Assembly (NCBI GenBank): GCA_035528905.1
Contig: DATKXU010000037.1
Span: 7,860-71,859, forward strand
Length of the DNA: 64,000 bases
Source of the DNA: Armatimonadota bacterium
Lineage (GTDB): Bacteria; Armatimonadota; UBA5829; DTJY01
Reading direction: 5' to 3'
How positions within the stretch are numbered: the stretch's first letter is position 1; the number at the start of each line of letters is the position of its first letter. The position numbers and the translations under genes are program-made. Below, one piece after another: positions 17,290-25,538 of this stretch. Under the pieces are notes generated by a model, which was not told the origin of the DNA, searched no databases, and worked only from the letters and a program-made list of their open reading frames with translations.

Positions 17290-19890
17290 TTAAGATTTCT
17301 TCAGCCTATTCTGCATATCGTACAGCTTCGTCAGCGCCTCGATGGGCGTCATTGTGCCGACGTCCATCTTTTCGAGTTCCAGGAGCACCGGATGAGGCTC
17401 GACCTCGAACAAGGTGAGCTGGAGCTTCTGGGTTTTTGCAGTGATCTTGGCATCCGGGCTGACCATGCCCTTTGTGGACCCGTTGCCCTCGAGCTGCCAA
17501 AGGACTTCCTTCGCACGCTCGATTACCTGCTGCGGAAGGCCGGCAAGCCGCGCGACCTGTATCCCATAGCTGCGATCCGTGCCGCCCGGCATGATCTTCC
17601 GCAGCCAGACTATCTTCTCCGCATCCTCCTTCACGGCGATGCGGTAGTTCTTAATTCCTGGGAACATGCCCGCCAGGTCGTTCAGATGGTGGTAGTGAGT
17701 GGCGAACAGGGTCTTCGCACCCATGACCTTTATGTACTCCGCGACGGCCCACGCGATGGATAATCCATCAAAAGTGCTTGTCCCCCGCCCTATCTCGTCC
17801 AGGATGATGAGACTCCGGTCCGTCGCATTGTTCAGAATGTTCGCTGTCTCGTTCATCTCGATCATGAAGGTGCTCTGGCCGGAATAAAGCTCATCGTGCG
17901 CGCCGACGCGGGTGAATATGCGATCCACGATGCCGATCTGCGCCGATTCGGCGGGAACGAAGCTGCCGATCTGCGCCATCAGCGTGATCAGCGCTACCTG
18001 GCGGAGATAAGTGGACTTCCCCGCCATGTTCGGGCCGGTGATGATGAGAAGCTGGTTCTCGTTGCAGTCAAGCAAGCAGTCGTTCGGGACGAACAGCTCG
18101 CTCGTTTGGAGGCGTTCGACAACGGGATGCCGCCCGTTCTTGATGCGGATTTCGGCGCCGGTATCTACCTCCGGCCTGGCATACCTGTTCGCGGCGGCGA
18201 TCTCCGCCAGCGAGCAGAAGACATCAATCCGGGCGGTGGCGCGGGCCGCCGACATCAGCTTATCCGCCTCTGCTGCGACCCGATCTCTCACCGAGCAGAA
18301 GATTTCGTACTCCAGTTGGGTGGATTTCTCCTCCGCGCCGAGGACCATCGCCTCGTACTCCTTCAGCTCGGGAGTGATGAATCTCTCGCCGCCGACGGTG
18401 GTCTGCTTCCGAATGTAGTTATCGGGAACGAGGGATAGGTTCGCCTTGCTGACCTCTATGTAGTAGCCGAAGACTGAATTGTAGCCGACTTTGAGCGACT
18501 TGATGCCTGTGCGCTCCTTCTCCTTTGTTTCGAGGGCGGCAATCCACTCTTTTCCGTCTTTCCCCGCGGCGCGAAGGGTATCCAATTCCTGGTTGAATCC
18601 CGGCTTGATGAGCCCGCCTTCGCGGAGCGTGATCGGCGGCTCCTCAACGATGGCAGATGAGATCAGATCGGCGATTTCATCAAGCGATCCCAGGCATTGG
18701 CTGAGGGAGACTATCGTCTCGTTTCGAGAAGCTGCCAGCCCTACTAGAAGCTCCGGCAACGCCTGGAGCGAGTTCCTGAGCGCGATGAGGTCTCGCGCGT
18801 TCGCAGTACCCGTCACCGTTCGTGAGGTCAGCCGCTCCAGATCGTAGACGCTGGCTAGCGTCTCCCTGACCCGCGTGCGCATCATCAGGTTTCCGTGGAA
18901 GTCATCCACCGCATCCAGCCTGGCCTCGATACCCTTCACATCGAGCAGCGGCTGGTCAAGCCACCGTCTGAGAAGCCTTGCCCCCATCGGTGTGATAGTG
19001 CGGTCGAGAATCTGGAGGAAGCTCTTGTCCCGCGCTCCGTTGAAGATGGACTGCGTGAGCTCCAGATTGCGGCGGGCGGAAGCGTCCAGAACCATGAATC
19101 CCTCAGTAGAGTAGGTCGCAAGCGACTGTACGTGCTGCAGCGTGGCCGGCTGCGTGCTCTCCAGGTATTTCAGCACGCTGGCAGCAGCATCAAGCCCACC
19201 GGTATAGTCCTCGCATCCAAAGCCCCGAAGCGACGACGTCCCGAAATGCTTCCGAAGAACGTCTCTGGGAGACATAAACTCCCCGAAGGAGAAGGCGGTC
19301 ATGCGGGCAGAGCATGCCTCCTGGATATGCGCGGTCAGCTCATCCGGCTCTTCGGGCGTTACGATCTCCGCGGGCGAAAGCCGCGCTATTTCCTCAAGCA
19401 GCCGCTGCTGCGCGCCGTGACCGGATATTTCCGTCACGAGCAATTCCCCGGTGGAGACGTCAATCACCGCCAGCCCGAAGACGTCCTCGCGGCAAGCGGT
19501 TGCGACCAGAAAGTTATTGCTCTTCGCATCGAGCATGGAATCTTCCAGCACCGTTCCCGGCGTCACAACTCGGGTGACTTCACGCTTCACGAGGCCCTTC
19601 GCAAGCTTCGGATCCTCCACCTGGTCGCAGATGGCCACCCGGTAGCCCCGGCTGATCAGGCGCGCGACATAGCGGTCAACGGAGTGATATGGCACGCCGC
19701 ACATTGGGATCCTGCCGGTACGCCCAGCCTCGCGCGATGTCAGCGTGATTTCAAGCTCCTGCGCCGCGATCTTCGCGTCCTCGCCGAACATCTCATAGAA
19801 ATCGCCCAGCCGGAACATCAGGATCACATCCGGGTGCTCTTTCTTGATCGCGGTATACTGCTGCAGCATCGGAGTCAGTTTCGTAGTCAT
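17290..19890 (-). CDS. mutS: DNA mismatch repair protein MutS
   Basis: The N-terminus MTTKLTPMLQQYTAIKKEHPD is a typical MutS start. A Walker A motif (GPNMAGKST) and full-length conservation are present. Confidence 0.95.
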   Translation of the reverse strand: MTTKLTPMLQQYTAIKKEHPDVILMFRLGDFYEMFGEDAKIAAQELEITLTSREAGRTGRIPMCGVPYHSVDRYVARLISRGYRVAICDQVEDPKLAKGLVKREVTRVVTPGTVLEDSMLDAKSNNFLVATACREDVFGLAVIDVSTGELLVTEISGHGAQQRLLEEIARLSPAEIVTPEEPDELTAHIQEACSARMTAFSFGEFMSPRDVLRKHFGTSSLRGFGCEDYTGGLDAAASVLKYLESTQPATLQHVQSLATYSTEGFMVLDASARRNLELTQSIFNGARDKSFLQILDRTITPMGARLLRRWLDQPLLDVKGIEARLDAVDDFHGNLMMRTRVRETLASVYDLERLTSRTVTGTANARDLIALRNSLQALPELLVGLAASRNETIVSLSQCLGSLDEIADLISSAIVEEPPITLREGGLIKPGFNQELDTLRAAGKDGKEWIAALETKEKERTGIKSLKVGYNSVFGYYIEVSKANLSLVPDNYIRKQTTVGGERFITPELKEYEAMVLGAEEKSTQLEYEIFCSVRDRVAAEADKLMSAARATARIDVFCSLAEIAAANRYARPEVDTGAEIRIKNGRHPVVERLQTSELFVPNDCLLDCNENQLLIITGPNMAGKSTYLRQVALITLMAQIGSFVPAESAQIGIVDRIFTRVGAHDELYSGQSTFMIEMNETANILNNATDRSLIILDEIGRGTSTFDGLSIAWAVAEYIKVMGAKTLFATHYHHLNDLAGMFPGIKNYRIAVKEDAEKIVWLRKIMPGGTDRSYGIQVARLAGLPQQVIERAKEVLWQLEGNGSTKGMVSPDAKITAKTQKLQLTLFEVEPHPVLLELEKMDVGTMTPIEALTKLYDMQNRLKKS

Positions 19891-19937
19891 GGTTCTACCG
19901 ATTTCGTGTGCTTACACGCCAAGAGCTGAGACAAGAC

Positions 19938-19974
19938 ATCGTAGACCTGCAGCGGCTTCTTCTGTCTACGGTCT
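19938..19974. repeat. Palindromic CGTAGAC ... GTCTACGGTCT element (copy 2, between miaB and mutS)
   Basis: ATCGTAGAC at 19938-19946 pairs with GTCTACGGTCT at 19964-19974. The stem sequence is the same as in copy 1. Confidence 0.55.
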
Positions 19975-21399
19975 GCTGTCTTCCATCTTTCCCGTGAAGC
20001 CCCAGGGATGTGCGGTTTCGGCCCGCACCGCCACTAGCTGCCCTGACAGCTGCGCGCCGTCGGGGAAGTTCACAGTCTTGTTCGTTCTGGTGCGGCCGCT
20101 CATCCGCGACGGGTCTTTCTCGCTTGGCCCCTCCACCAGAACCTCGAAGAGCCTGCCAACCTCGGCCTGGTTCTTCTCAAGGGTTATTCTGTTCTGAAGC
20201 TCGATCAGCTCGTAGAGTCTGCGCATCTTCGTCGGGCCGTCAACTTGGCCGTCCATTTCGGCAGCGGCAGTGCCGGCCCGCGGGTTGAATGCGAACATGA
20301 AGGCGCCGTCGAAGCGGATGGTCTCAAGCACCTTCAGCGTGTTCCTGAACTGCTCCTCTGTCTCGCCCGGAAAGCCAACCATCATATCGGCCGTCAGGCT
20401 GATGCCCGGAACGCGCTCCCTGAGCCTGTCCACGAGCGCCATGTAGTGAGCGGCGGTGTATCCGCGTCTCATTCTGCGCAGGATACCGTCATCGCCGGCC
20501 TGGAGCGGCAAGTGCAGATGCTCGCAGACCTTCGGGAGACCCGCGATTGCCTCGATCAGGCGGTCGCTCAGGTCCTTCGGATGAGACGTCGTGAAACGAA
20601 TGCGTTCCAGCCCCGCGACAGCATTCAAGCGTTCAACAAGGCCAGCGAAATCGTGAGGAGGGACGAGTGATGAGTGACGAGTGATCTGAGGATGCTCGTC
20701 TACCGGCGGATGATCCACCCTCTGCAGTCTGCCGTCTGCAGTCTGCGGTCTCTTCCCCTCGCCATAGCTATTCACATTCTGGCCGACGAGAGTGACTTCC
20801 TTGCACCCGTGCGATACCAGCTCGGTGACCTCGGCGACGATTTCCTCAGGTGGGCGGCTGCGCTCCGGCCCGCGCGCGTATGGGACGACACAGTAGGCGC
20901 AGAAGTTGTTGCAGCCGTACATGATCGGGACGAACATCCTCAGGCCGACCTTGCCGACAACCCTTAGGGTATGCGCGATGACGCTCGACCCGTTTCTCTC
21001 CGGCAGATCCAATGCCGCGATTCGTCCCCCACTCCGACGAATGCGCTGAATCAGCATAGGCAGCTCGTGGATGCAGGCGGTTCCCATTACCAGATCAACG
21101 AATGGCGTGCGCCTCAGGAACTCCTCGCTGTCCAACTGGGCCATGCAGCCGCAGACGCCGATGACGAGGTCGCGCTTCTTCTGCTTCAGAAGCCGGAGCT
21201 CGCCCAGCTTGCTCCTGACCTTCTCCTCGGGCTTCGCCCGGACGGAGCACGTATTCAGCAATATAATGTCCGCGTCCGATTCCTCTGAGGTCTGCCGGCA
21301 GCCCATCTGCTCCAGCAGATTCGCCATCTGCAGCGAGTCGTCGTCGTTCATCTGGCAGCCCCAGGTAAGAATCATGAACGCGGGTTTCGCATTGCTCAT
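19966..21399 (-). CDS. miaB: tRNA-i6A37 methylthiotransferase MiaB (radical SAM)
   Basis: The MTTase N-terminal TWGCQMN motif is present, along with the radical-SAM CxxxCxxC cluster (CNNFCAYC) and a TRAM domain. It carries a lineage-specific ~30-aa insertion. Confidence 0.9.
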   Translation of the reverse strand: MSNAKPAFMILTWGCQMNDDDSLQMANLLEQMGCRQTSEESDADIILLNTCSVRAKPEEKVRSKLGELRLLKQKKRDLVIGVCGCMAQLDSEEFLRRTPFVDLVMGTACIHELPMLIQRIRRSGGRIAALDLPERNGSSVIAHTLRVVGKVGLRMFVPIMYGCNNFCAYCVVPYARGPERSRPPEEIVAEVTELVSHGCKEVTLVGQNVNSYGEGKRPQTADGRLQRVDHPPVDEHPQITRHSSLVPPHDFAGLVERLNAVAGLERIRFTTSHPKDLSDRLIEAIAGLPKVCEHLHLPLQAGDDGILRRMRRGYTAAHYMALVDRLRERVPGISLTADMMVGFPGETEEQFRNTLKVLETIRFDGAFMFAFNPRAGTAAAEMDGQVDGPTKMRRLYELIELQNRITLEKNQAEVGRLFEVLVEGPSEKDPSRMSGRTRTNKTVNFPDGAQLSGQLVAVRAETAHPWGFTGKMEDSRP

Positions 21400-21529
21400 C
21401 GGGGATTGAATCTTCCTTCGCAGTCGCGTTCTAACTCCACAATTCTAGCCGAAAGTGACGAGTGAGATCAAGTCAATGGAGGGCTCCATAGGGAGCGGGA
21501 CAGAAGCACTATGACGCGTCCCTGGAACC

Positions 21530-22378
21530 CTAGACCCCTAAACCCCTGGACCCCTTGGCGGCTGCTCGGAGCCTATGGGCGATGGCGATGTCCACCCTCA
21601 CACTGCCGATCGCGACTGTCTTGATGTTGTTCGGGCCGTGGGAGTCCGAGCCGCCGGTCGGGATCAGATCGTACCGGCGCGCGATTTCCATATAGTGGGC
21701 TGCCTGTGCCGGCGAGTGATCGCAGTGGTAGACCTCGATTCCCTGCAACCCAGCGTCTACCAGTTTCGGAATCAGCTCATCGTGGGAGTTGAGGCCCGGA
21801 TGCGCAAGCACTGCGACCCCGCCAGCGTCGTGGATGATCTCCATCGCCTCAAAGGGGGTTAGTTTGTAGCGTGGGATATATGCCGGAGCGCCGCGCACCA
21901 GGTATTTCCCGAATGCAGCGCTTATCGTTGGCGCGTAACCGGCTTCCGTGATCGCTCTGGCGATGTGTGGGCGTCCGATCGGCGCGTTGTCCGCGATCTC
22001 CTTCACGCGATCCATGCTGACCTTCAGGCCTAGGTCGTTCAGACATCCCACGATTCGTTCAGCGCGCTCGAGGCGTCCGGCGCGCAGACTCTCCAGCCGG
22101 TTCTTTAGGGCAGCGGACTCGTGGTCAATGTAGTACCCGAGAATGTGAATCTCGCCCTTCCCGAAATCTGTATTGATCTCAACTGCAGGCACGACTATCA
22201 GCCCCGCCGAACGGCCGGCCTCAAGCCCTGGGGCGACGCCATCCACCGTGTCGTGGTCGGCTATTCCCACCGCCGCGAGACCTGCGCGAACCGCCTCTCT
22301 GACGACCTCCCGAGGGGTAAGCGTGCCGTCGGATGCGGTTGTATGAACGTGAAGGTCGGCCTCCTGTAGGTGTGTCAC
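21530..22378 (-). CDS. PHP-domain metal-dependent phosphoesterase
   Basis: The DLHVHTTASDG motif and further His/Asp metal ligands (IADHDT...) are present. The chosen start is a GTG preceded by TGGAG; the ORF-track ATG at 22417 lacks a ribosome-binding site. The start is uncertain. Confidence 0.65.
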   Translation of the reverse strand: MTHLQEADLHVHTTASDGTLTPREVVREAVRAGLAAVGIADHDTVDGVAPGLEAGRSAGLIVVPAVEINTDFGKGEIHILGYYIDHESAALKNRLESLRAGRLERAERIVGCLNDLGLKVSMDRVKEIADNAPIGRPHIARAITEAGYAPTISAAFGKYLVRGAPAYIPRYKLTPFEAMEIIHDAGGVAVLAHPGLNSHDELIPKLVDAGLQGIEVYHCDHSPAQAAHYMEIARRYDLIPTGGSDSHGPNNIKTVAIGSVRVDIAIAHRLRAAAKGSRGLGV

Positions 22379-22506
22379 TCGTATAACTCCATTTCGCGGC
22401 TTCCTGCAGTTTAGCATGCGCGCAATTCAGAGTCAACCGATAGCGAATGGTTTACATGAGGGCGGCGAGCAGTATACAATAGTGCGATTGCACGTCTGGA
22501 GAGGTC

Positions 22507-23061
22507 ATGGAGTATCATCAGCTCGATGTCGGCGAAGCTTTCTTCGACGAAATAGTGCGCAAGCGGCAGGAATCGGGAGCGGAGGTCGTCATGGTAATAC
22601 AGCGTCCCTCGGCAAAGGTACTGCTGCTGACCAAGGAGTTCTATCCGGCGGGCGTCTACCGGCTTCCCAGCGGCATGATAAAGAGGGGCGAAACGCCGGA
22701 GCAAGCTCTGATACGCGAGGCTTGGGAAGAGACGGGCCTTGCGGTGAAGGCCGTTCGCCGACTCGGCGTGATACGTTACATAATCGAGGCAGAGTCCAGG
22801 CGCACCGATTTCCGCTCCTACGTCATGCTCACGGACGAAACCGCCGGAGCGCCCTCGCCCCAGGATCGGCAGGAGTCAATCGCCGGGTTCCGCGAGGTCA
22901 ATCCCTGTGATTTGCGCGAGGTTGCTTCTGAGCTTTACGCCCTGCCTGAGCCTTGGCATGACTGGGGACGATTCCGTGCCATGGCCCACAACTCCGTATA
23001 TCGCCTGATGTGTCCGACTAGCCCGGCTCGGAAGGATTCACCGACGGCGCACAGCGGTTGA
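22507..23061 (+). CDS. NUDIX hydrolase
   Basis: The Nudix box GMIKRGETPEQALIREAWEETGL is present. Confidence 0.8.
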   Translation: MEYHQLDVGEAFFDEIVRKRQESGAEVVMVIQRPSAKVLLLTKEFYPAGVYRLPSGMIKRGETPEQALIREAWEETGLAVKAVRRLGVIRYIIEAESRRTDFRSYVMLTDETAGAPSPQDRQESIAGFREVNPCDLREVASELYALPEPWHDWGRFRAMAHNSVYRLMCPTSPARKDSPTAHSG

Positions 23062-23086
23062 CATCGCCCGCAGTGTATGCTATCTT
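23058..23086 (+). promoter_or_regulatory. Sigma70-like promoter TTGACA-17 nt-TATCTT with ~170-nt leader for the GH57 gene
   Basis: TTGACA is at 23058-23063 and TATCTT at 23081-23086. Confidence 0.35.
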
Positions 23087-23261
23087 CATTATAAAGCACG
23101 AGGGGGTTCCGTCCCTCAAGACTCCTGGGCACTGCACTCGGTATATCCTTCGCGTTAGTGACAGCGCGAGGCTGTCGCCTATTCACCGGATGGTGGGGAC
23201 TTCACCGGTTCGGTGACAATCACAGCACTTATTTCCAAACGGTACGAGAGGAGTAGATTCC

Positions 23262-25013
23262 TTGCCAACAGGGACGTTAGGCAGTTTTGCATTCGTGCTG
23301 CATTCGCATATTCCTTACGTGCTGTCGCACGGGCGATGGCCTCATGGGGCCGACTGGCTTCTCGAGGTGACGGCGGAGTCGTATATCCCGCTGCTTGACA
23401 CCCTATACGATCTGGTCGAGGAAGGATACTCTCCAAAGATCACGATCGGCCTCACCCCGGTGCTGGTAGAACAGCTCGCGGACGAGTCGTTCAAGTACGA
23501 GTTCGCCGCTTACTGCAGGATGCGCGCAAAGGCCGCTTCGGAGAACAAGAGGCAGTTCTCGAAACTCAAGAATGACGAGCAGGCGCGGCTGGCGGACTTC
23601 TGGCACGATTATTACTGGAGGGTATGGAGCAACTTCAAGAAGCGGTATGGGCGCAATCTAGTAAGGGCGTTCGCTCAGCTGCAGGATGCCGGACATATTG
23701 ACATAATGACCAGCTCGGCGACCCACGGCTACTCTCCCCTGCTCTCTCAGGACGTGAGCATCCAAGCGCAGGTGAAGCAGGGCGTGCGTACCTATGTCCG
23801 TCGTTTCAAGCGCCAGCCGACCGGCTATTGGCTGCCCGAATGCGCATACCGCCCCGCCTACAGGTGGGCGCCTCCTCTGCAGCCCAAAGGAAAGACCATC
23901 GAGCCCTACTTCCGCAAGGGCGTCGAGGAGTTCTTACGGGAGAACGGCATCAAGTATTTCATCATCGAGTCACATCTCTTGCACGGCGGCGAGACTAGAG
24001 GCGTCTACATTGACCGGTTCGGCGCTCTGCAGAAGCTGTGGAAGCAGTACGCGGAGGAGCAACCCCAGTTTTCCCCTACGAAGACGCCTTACATGCCGTA
24101 CGTGGTAAGCTCCGGCAGCGAAGGCGACCCGCCGATATGCGCATTCGTCCGGGATCATACCACAGGCTCGCAGGTGTGGAGCCGCTGGCAGGGCTATCCT
24201 GGGGACGAATGGTACCTTGAATTCCACAAGAAGCACACGCCCGGCGGCCTGCGATACTGGCGCGTGACAGGGCCGGAGACGGACCTGGGCGACAAGCTAA
24301 TCTACGAGCCGCACCGCGCCGACGAGAAGACCGGCGACCACGCGGCGCATTTCATACATGTAGCGAAGGAAGTCTTGCGCGGGCACCTGGAGCAGACCGG
24401 CACACCAGGCGTCGTCTGCGCGCCGTACGATACCGAGCTTTATGGGCACTGGTGGTTCGAGGGCATGAGATGGCTCTACAGGGTCCTGAAGGCCATGCAC
24501 GACGACCCGGAGATAGAGCTTGTTACCTGCTCGGAGTATCTCGAGAAGCATCCGCCGTCGGCCTCGATAGCCCTTCCCGAAGGCTCCTGGGGCGAGGGAG
24601 GCTTCCACTATATGTGGCTGAATGAATCCACGGATTGGACGTGGTCCTACGTGTACGACGCCGAGCTTGAGATGTGCGATCTGGTACGCCATTACGGGGA
24701 CAACAAGGAAGTCCTGCCGATTCTCAAGCAGGCCGCCCGCGAGCTGCTGCTGCTTCAATCGTCCGACTGGCAGTTCAGCATCAGCACCGATACCTCCAAG
24801 GATTACGGCGAGCTGCGGCTGACGGAGCATTACAAGAGCTTCCACAGGCTGGCGCAGATCATTCGGAAAGCTGCCTCAGGCGAGAAGATCGAGGAGGCCG
24901 ACTGGAACTTCTACAAGATCTGCGAGGAACGAGACTGTCTCTTCCCGGATGTGGATCCGAAGTGGTACGCGTGCCTCGAAAAGCCAGCAGGGGAAGAAGG
25001 CAGTAGACCGTAG
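23262..25013 (+). CDS. GH57-family 1,4-alpha-glucan branching enzyme
   Basis: The N-terminus FAFVLHSHIPYV is the GH57 catalytic-domain hallmark. The C-terminal half resembles DUF1957. Confidence 0.85.
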   Translation: MPTGTLGSFAFVLHSHIPYVLSHGRWPHGADWLLEVTAESYIPLLDTLYDLVEEGYSPKITIGLTPVLVEQLADESFKYEFAAYCRMRAKAASENKRQFSKLKNDEQARLADFWHDYYWRVWSNFKKRYGRNLVRAFAQLQDAGHIDIMTSSATHGYSPLLSQDVSIQAQVKQGVRTYVRRFKRQPTGYWLPECAYRPAYRWAPPLQPKGKTIEPYFRKGVEEFLRENGIKYFIIESHLLHGGETRGVYIDRFGALQKLWKQYAEEQPQFSPTKTPYMPYVVSSGSEGDPPICAFVRDHTTGSQVWSRWQGYPGDEWYLEFHKKHTPGGLRYWRVTGPETDLGDKLIYEPHRADEKTGDHAAHFIHVAKEVLRGHLEQTGTPGVVCAPYDTELYGHWWFEGMRWLYRVLKAMHDDPEIELVTCSEYLEKHPPSASIALPEGSWGEGGFHYMWLNESTDWTWSYVYDAELEMCDLVRHYGDNKEVLPILKQAARELLLLQSSDWQFSISTDTSKDYGELRLTEHYKSFHRLAQIIRKAASGEKIEEADWNFYKICEERDCLFPDVDPKWYACLEKPAGEEGSRP

Positions 25014-25015
25014 AC

Positions 25016-25065
25016 AAAGGAACGTTTGCAGTTTATCGTCTATGGTCTACGGTCCGATTTTCCGA
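25016..25065. repeat. Palindromic AGACCGTAGAC ... GTCTACGGTCC element (copy 3, convergent terminator position)
   Basis: AGACCGTAGAC at 25016-25026 pairs with GTCTACGGTCC at 25055-25065. The element overlaps the TAG stop of the GH57 gene and lies between two convergent genes. Confidence 0.55.
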
Positions 25066-25515
25066 CATCAGCCGGAATGCCTCTCCTGCCGCGAAATCCA
25101 CGAATTTCGCACACAGATTTGCATGCACGTTCTCTTTCTTGAAGCGCTCCCCGCCCTCTGGTGTTTGAAGGTCGCAGCCGATCAGATCGCGGCAGCGGAT
25201 GCTGTCGAACTCCTGGCGGAACGCCTTCATTGCTCGACTGGCTTTGGAATAGGTCGCCTCCTTAGCTGCTGTGTCGCCGCTGCTCTGCCTGCCGTACCTC
25301 AAACCCAAAGCCATTACCGCGCCAGTCAACGCCCCGCATACATCGCCGGTACCTCCCATACCACCTCCAAAGCCGGTTGCGATGCGCGGTATGCAAGACG
25401 CATCCATTCCGAGAGCCTGCACGAGGCTCATTAGCACAGACTCCGCTCAGTTGAATCCGCTGTTGAAGTAGCCGACTGCTGTCTTACTAACATCCGAACT
25501 TTGCACAGAAACCAT
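25033..25515 (-). CDS. C_GCAxxG_C_C family putative redox-active protein, selenocysteine-containing (in-frame TGA at 25447-25449)
   Basis: The ORF-track ORF 25033..25437 starts just after an in-frame TGA. Reading through the TGA from the ATG at 25513-25515 gives MVSVQSSDVSKTAVGYFNSGFN-U-AESVLMSLVQALGMDASCIPRIATGFGGGMGGTGDVCGALTGAVMALGL... The Sec falls at the first conserved Cys of the family (as I recall it, family consensus GFNCAQSVL). A 7-bp-stem hairpin (GAGUCUG...CAGGCUC) begins 4 nt after the UGA. selA and tRNA-Sec lie ~20 kb away. Confidence 0.7.
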
Positions 25516-25538
25516 CTTCCTCCCAGAATCCTAAGCGG

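Noticed and set aside
17896-19929. Long plus-strand ORFs (180 and 344 aa) inside mutS
   Set aside because: They are antisense to a strongly conserved MutS coding region and show no domain signatures.
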